Source: Octopus sinensis
Lineage: Eukaryota
Direction of reading: 5' to 3'
NCBI RefSeq assembly: GCF_006345805.1
Contig: NC_043025.1
Location: 4,960,001-5,024,000, forward strand
Length of the DNA: 64,000 bases
Shown here: one piece after another, positions 1 to 11,675 of the stretch
Numbering within the stretch: position 1 is the first letter of the stretch
Layout of the letters: each line of letters starts with the position of its first letter
Translations under genes and position numbers: made by a program
The notes under the pieces: generated by a model
The model's input: the letters and a program-made list of their open reading frames with translations, nothing else
Told to the model about the DNA's origin: nothing
Database searches by the model: none

Positions 1-59
1 CCCATTTGTGTTCACAGCAGTATGCCTGTATCGATGTTGATTTTGTGAATCCCCTATAT

Positions 60-260
60 CAGTGCTTTTCAAACTTTTTGCTGGAGCGGAACCCCAAGGA
101 AACATTCCACTGGCTCGAGGAACCCCTGTGCAATAATTTAATAGTCTTATGCACACATATCTGCACAGGAGAATTAAAAATTACTGCCGATTTTAGCAGT
201 TTTGTAACTTCTTGCGGAACCCCTGGACTGTACTGGCGGAACCCTGGTTGAAAACCACTG
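60..260. mobile_element. hAT (Charlie-like) MITE, ~200 bp
   Basis: Terminal inverted repeats cagtgcttttcaaac / gttgaaaaccactg, with CAGTG ends typical of hAT non-autonomous elements. Flanks ccctatat / atctaaca share only the central CTA, so no clean TSD. Confidence 0.6.
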
Positions 261-316
261 ATCTAACATTATAAGAAGGAGTTGCGCGTGCCATCTTATA
301 TCTTAAAATATAAGAA

Positions 317-784
317 GGAGCTGTGCCAGCGGCACATAAAAGGCACCATTCGAGTGTGATTGTTACTAGCGTCACCTTACTGGCACTTGTACCCCATGCT
401 AGTAGGGTGCTAAGAGCACCATCCGAGCACGATCGTTGTCAGAGGGTTAACTGGCACTTGTGCCGGTGGCACATGTAAAAACATTCGAGCGAGGTCGTTG
501 CCAGTGCCGCTGGATTGAGTCCTGTGCAGGTGGAACGTAAAAAAACACCGTTTGAGCGTGGCCGTTGCCAGTACCGCCAGACTGGCCCTCGTGCCGGTGG
601 CACGTAAAAGGACCCACTACACTCTCGGAGTGGTTGGCGTTAGGAAGGGCATCCAGCTGTAGAAACTCTGCCAGATCAAGATTGGAGCCTGGTGCAGCCA
701 TCTGCTTCGCCATCCCTCAGTCAAAATCGTCCAACCCATGCTAGCATGGAAAGCGGACGTTAAACGATGATGATGATGATGATG
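317..784 (+). mobile_element. Non-autonomous retroposon with internal ~60-bp subrepeats and an RTE-type 3' tail ending in (GAT)n
   Basis: Repeated tgccggtggcacgtaaaa modules, then gttggcgttaggaagggcatccagc...ccaacccatgctagcatggaaagcggacgttaaacgatgatgat. Same family at 34825-35070 (+) and 35818-36290 (-). Confidence 0.75.
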
Positions 785-1005
785 AGCTGTGTGCCCAAAA
801 GCTGTCCCCTCTCACACAAAATATACCCTGTGGTAAGAGAAAGTCTTAAACCATTCTATTTGTATGAGAGTGCAAAAGATTGTCTAAGTTGTTGAAGATC
901 CCTTCGGAGCGCAAAGTACCTTGTAAATCGTTGCGTGTAGATGTTTATCGTGAGTAACCCAGATGGAGGGAATGTTTTCCTTTTTACTTTCTATATACAC
1001 TACTT

Positions 1006-1524
1006 GGATCTTTTCGGTTTGAACGGCAGTTTTTAAACATAATTTCCACGTAACTAAACACTTTTAAACTTCGTATACTGGTAGAATGTGTTTATAAAAC
1101 ATCTTTTTTCTCTTGGCTTTATTGAGAAAATTCTATAGTTTGTAAGATATTTGGGTTTGTTTTTCAATTTCTGCAATTTCAACCAATCAATGACGTCCAT
1201 TGAGGTAAAAAAAAAACAGTCTGTGCCGTATGAATACGTCCCTCGTTTAAGAAACAGATTGGGTTTATTTACATTTGTGAAGAAAAAACGATACCCTTCC
1301 CCCCACCCCTAACCCTAAAACAGATTGAAATGCAATAGATCGATATTAGGGTCATAATTATGGGTACAATTTCATATGACACCGCTAGAAAAAACTGCCG
1401 TTCAAACCGAAAAGATCCACTATCCCTCTCCATAAATCCTAAAATCTCGGTTTTTATTCAAATTTTTTAAGAATCATAGTTTAAAATGCGTAGTCTGTAT
1501 CTGCAGACTGTACCGAAAAGATCC
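1006..1524. mobile_element. Merlin-like MITE family 1, copy a, with a duplicated right end
   Basis: TIR ggatcttttcggtttgaacggcagttttt / aaaaactgccgttcaaaccgaaaagatcc (inner end at 1418). A second accgaaaagatcc end lies at 1524. Flanks cactactt (998-1005) / cactacct (1525-1532) give a 7/8 TSD. Confidence 0.8.
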
Positions 1525-1697
1525 CACTACCTGGTGCTCCGTGGTTGGTGGATATAGAAAGGAAGGTTACTCGTTTCTTCCTTGTCTCATATGAAGGTGT
1601 AACAAATGCTGTGTTTATTATTTGGCTGTCTAGGCTTAACTACCAGTTGCCGTATTTTGCTTGTTTTCTACAAGTGGTCACATCACCATACCTATAT

Positions 1698-2110
1698 GTA
1701 TTTCTTTATTGCCCACAAGGGGCTAAACATAGAGGGGACAAACAAGGACAGACAAAGGGATTAAGTCGATTACATCGACTCCAGTGCGTAACTGGTATTT
1801 AATTTATCGACCCCGAAAGGATGAAAGGCAAAGTCGACCTCGGCGGAATTTGAACTCACAACGTAACGACAGACGAAATACCTATTTCTTTATTACCCAC
1901 AAGGGGCTAAACACAGAGGGGACAAACAGGGACAGACATAGGTATTAAGTCGATTACATCGACCCCAGTGCGTAAGTGATGCTTAATTTATCGACCCCGA
2001 AAGGACGAAAGGCAAAGTCGACCTCGGCGGAATTTGAACTCACAACGTAACGACAGACGAAATACCGCTAAGCATTCCGCCCGGCGCGCTAACGTGTCTG
2101 CCAGCTCGCC
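1698..2110 (-). mobile_element. tRNA-derived SINE family B, head-to-tail dimer
   Basis: Two ~184-bp units (tacctatttctttattacccacaagggg...gacgaaa). The second unit continues into the full head ...gccagctcgcc. Confidence 0.85.
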
Positions 2111-2616
2111 GCCTTTGCCAGCTTGGACGCTTTAAGTCATCGAAACCGACCGCTTGCCAGACCAGCAAATGTGTGGTCCATTTTGAAACTACACATGGCT
2201 ATAAACAAAGAATTTCTTTTGAGATAACCAGAGAGGAGGGAATTATCACCAGAGATCTTTGACACCATTCTTTGTGTTTACTCCACACATACCACCATGT
2301 ACAAGCTCCACGAAAAACCAATGTATTTTTCTTAACAGAATTATTTGTACCTTTCGAACACAAGTACCATTATTTTCTTCCTTTTTTTTTCTTAGTTTTT
2401 GCCATTCAATACTTTCTCCAAGTGTTTCTTTAATATAACAATATTTAGCAGTTATCCCGGAAAATATTTATAGAAAACAATTGCGTCCCCCAATTACTCG
2501 CGCAAGTCGAGGAATCCCTGTAGTGTCCTACATTTTGGAATACTTGCAATTTGTATTTTTACTGCTTACGTTTGCTTCGCTTGCTAAATTTCTGAAATTA
2601 AAACATTTTAATATGT

Positions 2617-3049
2617 GGCGATCTTTCGTCTCTAGTAGACCTTTACGTCGATTTCCGTAAAAACAATTTTTCTTTTTACATATGGGCTTGCGGGAACTTT
2701 TGAAGTAATATACATACATATACACATACACCGAGTAAAAAATTTCAGTTATCTCTTTCTTTCACACATTACTCTGTCTCTCCACACACACTAACAGAAG
2801 CACTTCATTTACACAACATACTGTCTGTCTCCCACACCCCATCAAACACACACACACACACACACACATGTACATCAATGCTTCCCATGCACGGTAACTT
2901 CAAGAGAACTTCCCTCGTCATACAATCGCTTTCTCTTAGTCTCTTTCGCTCTCATTACTTCAAAAGTTCCCGCAAGCCCATATGTAAAAATAAAAAAAAA
3001 ATTTTTTACGGAAATCGACGGAAAGGTCTACTAGAGACGAAAGATTGCC
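2617..3049 (+). mobile_element. Merlin-like MITE family 2, copy a (~430 bp, ~90-bp TIRs)
   Basis: TIR ggcgatctttcgtctctagtagacc...gggaacttttgaagtaat and its reverse complement ending aagattgcc. Other copies at 4859-10580 and 12053-12476. Confidence 0.85.
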
Positions 3050-3104
3050 AATTTCTGAAATTAAGCATTTTAATATGTAAAACAAACTTTAAATTATTAC
3101 ATAT

Positions 3105-3363
3105 TGTGGTGTTGGCGGTGTTATGGGTGTTGGTGGGGAGGAAGACAGATGAGGTGGGCGGAAGCAAGGCTTGCAGGGGCATGCGTGGGCAGGAAGGATC
3201 CGGGTCAGCAAGCACGTGGGTTCAGTTCCAGCAAAGAGCGCAGAGCGACAAGACATTTCGAATTCGCGAGAGTGACCGCTGATTTCGCCGAGGTGAGGCC
3301 TTTTTGTAATTCTTTCTCCCGTTGCTTCTTTTTCTGTTGTCCTTTTCCTCCAACCACACTACA
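3105..3363. mobile_element. Solo LTR, copy a
   Basis: TG...CA termini with short inverted ends (tgtggtgt / acactaca) and a perfect 5-bp TSD catat (3100-3104, 3364-3368). Homologous to 11676-11874. Confidence 0.75.
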
Positions 3364-3394
3364 CATATACTATACGTTAATGCAAAAAATATTG

Positions 3395-3663
3395 TTTATT
3401 GACGATCTTCAAAATGATCACAGCATCAGTGGAAAGTTCAGCGCAAACTTGCTAAAGCAGTTACCAAAGGCTATTAAGACCAAACACTAAGAAAAACTGA
3501 TGAATGGGGTCTTGTTTCGTTATGACAATGCTTCAGCACACAAGTCCTTGCTTTCAGTGACTGGCTTTGAACTGGTTGATCTCCCGCCCTATGTTAGTGA
3601 TTTGGTTCCATCTGGTTATCATCTGTTTCTCGACATGAAAAAACATTCGGCTGGGCACCAGTA
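3395..3663 (+). pseudogene. Mariner (Tc1/mariner) transposase catalytic-region fragment
   Basis: Translation ...NLLKQLPKAIKTKH*EKLMNGVLFRYDNASAHKS...GFELVDLPPYVSDLVPSGYHLFLDMKK matches the mariner HQDNAPAH and HPPYSPDLAPSDYHLF motifs, with stops. Confidence 0.8.
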
Positions 3664-4625
3664 CCTATTTCTTTATTACCCTCAAGGGGCTAAACATAGA
3701 TGGGACAAACAAGGACAGACATACGTATTAAGTCGATTACATCGACCCAAGTGCGTAACTGGTACTTAATTTATCGACCCCGGAAGGATGAAAGGCAAAG
3801 TCGACCTCGGCGGAATTTGAACTCAGAACGTAGCGGCAGATGAAATACCTATTTCTTTATTATCCACAAGGGGCTAAACATAGAGGGGACAAACAAGGAC
3901 AGACATAGGTATTAAGTCGATTACATCGACCCCAGTGCGTAACTGGTGCTTAATTTATCGACCCTGAAAGGATGAAAGGCAAAGTCGACCTCGGCGGAAT
4001 TTGAAGTCACAACGTAACGACAGACGAAATACCTATTTCTTTATTACCCACAAGGGGCTAAACATAGAGGGGACAAACAAGGACAGACATAGGTATTAAG
4101 TCGATTCCATCGACCCCAGTGCGTAACTGGTACTTAATTTATCGACCCCGAAAGGATGAAAGGCAAAGTCGACCTCGGCGGAATTTGAACTCAGAACATA
4201 GCGGCAGATGAAATACCTATTTCTTTATTACCCACAAGGGGCTAAACATAGAAGGGACAAATAAGGACAGACATAGGTATTAAGTCGATTACATCGACCC
4301 AAGTGCGTAACTGGTACTTAATTTATCGACCCCGGAAGGATGAAAGGCAAAGTCGACCTCGGCGGAATTTGAACTCAGAACGTAGCGGCAGATGAAATAA
4401 CTATTTCTTTATTATCCACAAGGGGCTAAACATAGAGGGGACAAACAAGGACAGACATACGTATTAAGTCGATTACATCGACCCCAGTGCGTAACTGATG
4501 CTTAATTTATCGACCCCGGAAGGATGAAAGGCAAAGTCGACCTCGGCGGAATTTGAACTCACAACGTAATGGCAGGCGAAATACTGCAAAGCATTTCGCC
4601 CGGCGTGCTAACGCTTCTGCCAGCC
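3662..4625 (-). mobile_element. tRNA-derived SINE family B, head-to-tail pentamer
   Basis: Five ~184-bp units starting near 3662, 3846, 4030, 4214 and 4398. Only the last carries the head. Confidence 0.85.
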
Positions 4626-6313
4626 CCACACTTACCACCATGTACAAGCTCCACGAAAAACCAATGTATTTTTCTTAACAGAATTATTTGTATTTTTCGT
4701 ACACAAGCACCACCATTTTCTTCCTTTTTTTGGTTAGTTTTTGTCATATTGTGTCCTACATTTTGGAATACTTGCAATTTGTATTTTTACTGCTTACGTT
4801 TGCTTCGCTTGATAAATTTCTGAAATTAAACATTTTAATATGTAAAACAAACTTCATAGGCAATCTTTCGTCTCTAGTAGACCTTTCCGTCGATTGCCGT
4901 AAAAATTTTTTTTTTTTTACATATGGGCTTGCGGGAACTTTTGAAGTAATGAGAGCGAAAGAGACTAAGAGAAAGCGGGTACTTGTCTATTGTCGTGGTC
5001 CCGGTTTTGCACACGCGAATTCGCGCGCGTCAGACGTAGGTACTCGATACTCGAGATCCTACGAGGTGACTTGCGCATGCGCAGTGCGCGATTCGCGCAT
5101 GCGCGTTAACACCCCCCCCCCCGGAAAAAAAAAAGGATTTTTTTTAAAGATACCTTTCTGCTTTTTAAGACAAAAAGGTGTTGGATTTCACTAAAAATAT
5201 ATATATATGTGTGTGTATGTGTGTATATATAACATATTCAATTTATCACAAAAAAATTACATAGTCGCTTTCCTCGCGGATTTACAGATAAATGAATTAA
5301 TTACTATTTTACAGAATAAAATTAATTAATGAATTAATTATATAAATTAAATAATTCTTGAAAATTAATTATTATTAATACTCGAGATCCTACGAGGTGA
5401 CTTGCGCATGCGCAGTGCGCGATTCGCGCATGCGCGTTAACCCCCCCCCCCGGGAAAAAAAAAGGATTTTTTTAAAGATACCTTTAGTCGCTTTCCTCGC
5501 GGATTTACAGATAAATGAATTAATTACTATTTTACTGAATAAAATTAATGAATTAATTATATAAATTAAATAATTCTTGAAAATTAATTATTATTAATAA
5601 TATTTTTTGAACAAAGTAAAAAGTAATTACTTTTTTTTTACAGAAACGCGAACGGGGAATTTTCAGTTTAAAGTTTATAAATAAATACATTTCATGTGTA
5701 ATGTAAAATAGTAGTCAATTAATTAAATACCTTCTTTTTCTGGGGTATTATTTTGTTCAAACTCGTCACATATTTGTAACTTTTCGATGTAAACCTTTCA
5801 ATGTAAGTCTTAATTAAAAAGTTGCGGCAGCTTAGCAGAAATGTCACGTTTAATTTCTACCATGCAATGGTTTCAATACACGCGGGAGATCATACCCCTT
5901 CAAACTTTATACCATTCTGAAAGATGTTTCAGAATATTCATCACACGACCGTTTTCATTTTGTCCAAATATTTTTTTCCACAGAAACTCATCAAAATTGT
6001 GGCGATTTTATGACAGTGTAGCAAATTAGTAATCAACTAATTAAATACCTTCTTTTTCTGGGGTATTATTCTTGTTCAAACTCGTCACATATTTGTAACT
6101 TTTCGATGTAAACCTTTCAATGTAAGTCTTAATTAAAAAGTTGCGGCAGCTTAGCAGAAATGTCACGTTATAATTTCTACCATGCAATGGTTTCAATACA
6201 CGCGGGAGATCATACCCCTTCAAACTTTATACCATTCTGAGAGATGTTTCAGAATATTCATCACACGACCGTTTTCATTTTGTCCAAAAATACACGCGGG
6301 AGATCATACCCCT

Positions 6314-7196
6314 TCAAACTCTATACCATTCTGAAAGATGTTTCAGAATATTCATCAAGCAATCGTATGCAGTTTGCCCATACTGTTTTCCTCAGAAACT
6401 CATCAAGGTACGAGTCCACCATGGTGGAATGTACCCCCATCATCGTTTTAAATTTTCTTTTGGCATTCTTCCAGTAACATTCCACAGAATTTGTGTGTAC
6501 ACCTGTTAGGGGATCCACAAAATTCTGGGAATGGTTTACTGTGAAATGGATGTATTTTGGTGTGTCACATCCATTTCTGCAATACCATTATAGGCGGGCC
6601 AGCAATCCGAATGAATTGTTGTGCCCGGTCTAATAAATTTTTTGATGATGGGTAGCAGAGTTTCCGAGGAACGGTCAGCTACGAACAGTATGAAGCCTTT
6701 TTTGTCTTCTCTGTCGTAACCTCCAAAGACCCATCTCTCTTGTGGCGTTCTCCGTCTATTGTATTTTCTCTTACACATCAGACTTTCATCTACTTCAACA
6801 ACGTGTCCGACACCACCAATTTGGTATGGATTGTTGATTAGATTGTTGCTACAGATATCTCGCATGTATTGATACCATTGAATAACGGTAGATTTTGACA
6901 ATCCAGTCATTGCTATTGCTCCTGTTTTGTTAGGTTACTGCCCCAACAATATATAACATGAATGAAATCGTGCAGTTTCAATCTGCTATTTTCGAGATAC
7001 GATTTCTTTGTAATGACTCTTTTTCCCCTTTGTGAGTTGGGCAGCGAAAATTTTTTTCCTGGTTGTGTTTTATAAGAGTCATCTCTCTATGGCATTTTGA
7101 GCAAATTGGAGTTGAGGAACTCAACACTTTTTTGTCCTTTAGGAATGAATAGATACTGTCAAAGTCTTTTACGATACTTTCTATCTCATACAACAT
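6314..7196 (-). pseudogene. Merlin/ISXO2-like DDE transposase (~290 aa) interrupted by about four frameshifts
   Basis: N-terminal CSKC...FRCPTH Zn-ribbon-like segment; TGLSKSTVIQWY; VEVDES (D), WVFGG, IHSDCWPAY (D); TVNHSQNFVDPLTGVHTNSVECYW (E); YLDEFL...MNILKHLSEWYRV*. Assembled from ORFs 6978-7196, 6536-6910 and 6321-6518 plus linking frames. Confidence 0.9.
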
Positions 7197-7964
7197 TTTT
7201 TCTTAATTTAACTCACAGTTCAACTGGTGAAGATAAACTGAAACTAAAGTTATTTTCAGTATCAGTTAGCTGAGTATCAGTTAGCTGAGTATCAGTCAGT
7301 TAGCTCTGATTGGTTAGATTTTAGAACTTTCTCTGTCCCCTCTTTCAAACTAATTTTTGTTGTGGGGGGGGGAGAAAGATGAACGATTTAAAATAAATAT
7401 ATCTTAATTGTAGTGTGAGAAAAGTATATATATTCTGATGATAAAATATATTCTTTCAAAAACATTTGTAGTCCTACTATGAAAGATTGTTTTGGGCTGA
7501 AACCCAAGTTAACGAAAATACATGAATAAGGATTTGACTGTCATGATGTTGAGTCTTATTAGATTCTTGTCCGATTCAGTATATTTGTCATGTGCTTTCT
7601 GAAGTAGGCAATAAAAACCTTATAAACAAACTGTTATCTACATAATACTGTGGTAATTAGACAAACATTAACTGAAATTAATTATGCCTTCCTAACAGAA
7701 AATGACATAATATGTATTTATTATGTGAACATGTAAAGGAAACTGAAAATTGTGATATGTTCCTCTCATTACTGGCACTTATTAACTTGAGAAAAATAAA
7801 AAGGCCACATATAGAATGAGATATTCGAAAATAAAAAAATGTTAAAAGATACTCCTCGGAATTAAAATCATGACAAAGATTTTCAAAATCCTTTTTTGCG
7901 ATAGATGGAGATTGCCTGAAGTAAATAAGGGAGAAGGAGAGAGAAGACAGCAGAAGGAACAGCA

Positions 7965-9520
7965 TTGATGAGTTTCTATGGAAGGAAATATTTGGACAAA
8001 ATGAAAACGGTCGTGTGATGAATATTCTGAAACATCTTTCAGAATGGTATAAAGTTTGAAGGGGTATGATCTCCCGCGTGTATTGAAACCATTGCATGGT
8101 AGAAATTATAACGTGACATTTCTGCTAAGCTGCCGCAACTTTTTATTAAGACTTACATTGAAAGGTTTACATCGAAAAGTTACAAATATGTGACGAGTTT
8201 GAACAAGAATAATACCCCAGAAAAAGAAGGTATTTAATTAGTTGATTACTAATTTGCTACACTGTCATAAAATCGCCACAATTTTGATGAGTTTCTGTGG
8301 AAAAAAATATTTGGACAAAATGAAAACGGTCGTGTGATGAATATTCTGAAACATCTTTCAGAATGGTATAAAGTTTGAAGGGGTATGATCTCCCGCGTGT
8401 ATTGAAACCATTGCATGGTAGAAATTATAACGTGACATTTCTGCTAAGCTGCCGCAACTTTTTAATTAGACTTACATTGAAAGGTTTTACATCGAAAAGT
8501 TACAAATATGTGACGAGTTTGAACAAGAATAATACCCCAGAAAAAGAAGGTATTTAATTAGTTGATTACTAATTTGCTACACTGTCATAAAATCGCCACA
8601 ATTTTGATGAGTTTCTGTGGAAAAAAAATATTGGACAAAATGAAAACGGTCGTGTGATGAATATTCTGAAACATCTTTCAGAATGGTATAAAGTTTGAAG
8701 GGGTATGATCTCCCGCGTGTATTGAAACCATTGCATGGTAGAAATTATAACGTGACATTTCTGCTAAGCTGCCGCAACTTTTAATTAAGACTGACATTGA
8801 AAGGTTTACATCGAAAAGTTACAAATATGTGACGAGTTTGAACAAGAATAATACCCCAGAAAAAGAAGGTATTTAATTAGTTGATTACTAATTTGCTACA
8901 CTGTCATAAAATCGCCACATTTTGATGAGTTTTCTGTGAAAAAAATATTTGGACAAAATGAAAACGGTCGTGTGATGAATATTCTGAAACATCTTTCAGA
9001 ATGGTATAAAGTTTGAAGGGGTATGATCTCCCGTGTATTGAAACCATTGCATGGTAGAAATTATAACGTGACATTTCTGCTAAGCTGCCGCAACTTTTAA
9101 TAAGACTTACATTGAAAGGTTTACATCGAAAAGTTACAAATATGTGACGAGTTTGAACAAGAATAATACCCCAGAAAAAGAAGGTATTTAATTAGTTGAT
9201 TACTAATTTGCTACACTGTCATAAAATCGCCACAATTTTGATGAGTTTCTGTGGAAAAAAAATATTGGACAAAATGAAAACGGTCGTCTTGTGATGAATA
9301 TTCTGAAACATCTTTCAGAATGGTATAAAGTTTGAAGGGGTATGATCTCCCGCGTGTATTGAAACCATTGCATGGTAGAAATTATAACGTGACATTTCTG
9401 CTAAGCTGCCGCAACTTTTAATTAAGACTTACATTGAAAGGTTTACATCGAAAAGTTACAAATATGTGACGAGTTTGAACAAGAATAATACCCCAGAAAA
9501 AGAAGGTATTTAATTAATTG
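7965..9520 (+). repeat. Five tandem ~318-bp units in the right Merlin arm (about two inverted copies at 5720-6355 in the left arm)
   Basis: Units begin ttgatgagtttc near 7965, 8284, 8604, 8921 and 9238. Confidence 0.9.
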
Positions 9521-10906
9521 ACTACTATTTTACATTACACATGAAATGTATTTATTTATAAACTTTAAACTGAAAATTCCCCGTTCGCGTTTCTGTAAAA
9601 AAAAAGTAATTACTTTTTACTTTGTTCAAAAAATATTATTAATAATAATTAATTTTCAAGAATTATTTAATTTATAATTAATTCATTAATTTTATTCAGT
9701 AAAATAGTAATTAATTCATTTATCTGTAAATCCGCGAGAGGAAAGCGACTAAAGGTATCTTTAAAAAATCCTTTTTTTTCCGGGGGGGGGGGGGGGGTGG
9801 TGGGTAACGCGGGCATGCGCGAATCGCGCACTGCGCATGCGCAAGTCACCTCGTAGGATCTCGAGTATTAATAATAATTAATTTTCAAGAATTATTTAAT
9901 TTATATAATTAATTCATTAATTAATTTTATTCTGTAAAATAGTAATTAATTCATTTATCTGTAAATCCGCGAGGAAGCGACTATGTAATTTTTTTGTGAT
10001 AAATTGAATATGTTATATATACACACATACACATATATTTTTAGTGAAATCCAACACCTTTTTGTCTTAAAAAGCAGAGAAAGGTATCTTTAAAAAAAAT
10101 CCTTTTTTTTTCCGGGGGGGGGGGGGGTGTTAACGCGCATGCGCGAATCGCGCACTGCGCATGCGCAAGTCACCTCGTAGGATCTCGAGTATCGAGTACC
10201 TACGTCTGACGCGCGCGCGCGCGTGAATTCGCGTGTGCAAAACCGGGACCACGACAATAGACAAGTACCGAGAAAGCGATTGTATGACGAGGTAAGTTCT
10301 TTTGAAGTTACCGTGCATGGGAAGCATTGATGTACATGTGTGTGTGTGTTTGATGGGGTGTGGGAGACAGACAGTATGTTGTGTAAGTGAAGTGCTTCTG
10401 TTAGTGTGTGTGGAGAGACAGAGTAATGTGTGAAAGAAAGAGATAACTGAAATTTTTTACTCGGTGTATGTGTATATGTATGTATATTACTTTAAAAGTT
10501 CCCGCAAGCCCATATGTAAAAAAAAAAAAAAAAAATTTACAGAAATCGACGGAAAGGTCTACTAGAGACGAAAGATCGCCGGCTGAATTAACAATCTCTC
10601 TCTCGAACAGGCATTCTCTGCTACGTCTGATTGTAATTATATGATGTAACCTGCTGCCATGTTCAATTGAGTTCCTGGTCTCGCTTTTCTGAAGAACTCC
10701 CAGCATGCAGTTTTATTCTATCGTGTTGGCCTCTTTCACACAAGAACATTCTTCTTCCACGTCCACCAGCAGAATAGACCAAACTCAATGCTGTCACCTC
10801 TTCATGCTATCTTATTGGGTTGGCAATTAAGTTCCTACCGTTTTTTTTTAAGTTTTGGAATTTATTGCGTTTTTAAAGTTTGGAATCTATTTTTTTTCGA
10901 GAATTC

Positions 10907-11305
10907 GGATTGTTTCGGTTTGAACGGCATTTTTTTCTAGCGGTGTCATATGAAATTGTCACCCATAATTATGACCCTAGTATCGATCTATTGCATTTCA
11001 ATCTGTTTTAGGGGTGGGGGGAAGGATATCTTTTTTTTCTTCACAAATGTAAATAAACCCAATCTGTTTCTTAAACGAGGGACATTATCATACGGCACAG
11101 AATGTTTTCACCCCAATAGACGTCATTGATTGGTTTGAAATTGCAGAAATTGAAGAAAAAAAAACAACAAATATCTTACAAACAATAGAATTTTCTCAAT
11201 AAAGCCAAGAGAAAAAGACGTTTTATAAACACATTCTATGAAGTTTAAAATTTTTTAGTCAACTAGAAATTATGTTAAAAACTGCCGTTCAAACCGAAAA
11301 GATCC
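10907..11305. mobile_element. Merlin-like MITE family 1, copy b
   Basis: Inverted copy of 1006-1418. Perfect 8-bp TSD gagaattc (10899-10906, 11306-11313). The mariner copy near 36410 shows the empty site. Confidence 0.88.
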
Positions 11306-11675
11306 GAGAATTCTATTTTTAAATCATTTTGGAATCTATTTTGTTTGTTGTTTTTTTTCCAGTTAATTTTAGTTTATTTTCAGATCATTAAAATGGAATG
11401 TCGAGTCAAGAAAAACGAGCATTTTCGACACCTCCTTCTTTTTGCTTTTAATCAAGGTTCTAAGGCCGCAAAAGCTGCTCACAACATTTGTGTTGTGTAT
11501 GGAGAGGGTGTCATAGCTGAAAGAACTGCTCGTGAGTGGTATGCCAAGTTCAAAAATGAAAATTTTGACCCAAAGATGCACCTCGTTCTGGCCGTCCAGT
11601 TGAGTTCGATGAAGAGTGATTTAACCCAACTTTTGCATGAAAATTCTCGTCAAAACGACAAGGGAACTGGTAGAG

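Larger units (their letters stand above)
4978..10269 (-). mobile_element. Merlin-superfamily (IS1595/ISXO2-like) DNA transposon, 5292 bp, with very long inverted arms
   Basis: Ends ggtacttgtctattgtcgtggtcccggttttgcacacgcgaattc / gaattcgcgtgtgcaaaaccgggaccacgacaatagacaagtacc. Perfect 9-bp TSD gagaaagcg (4969-4977, 10270-10278); the empty site is visible in MITE copy a. Arms ~4978-6355 and ~7965-10269, with a central transposase. Confidence 0.92.
4859..10580 (-). mobile_element. Merlin-like MITE family 2, copy b, split by the Merlin transposon
   Basis: 4859-4977 and 10270-10580 join into the reverse complement of 2617-3049. Confidence 0.85.

Noticed and set aside
1305-1320. ccctaaccctaa telomere-like motif
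   Set aside because: Only two units, inside a MITE.
7320-7960. Second gene inside the Merlin element (ORF 7678-8097)
   Set aside because: The ORF is mostly antisense to the subrepeat. Plus-strand frames have frequent stops and no recognisable motif.
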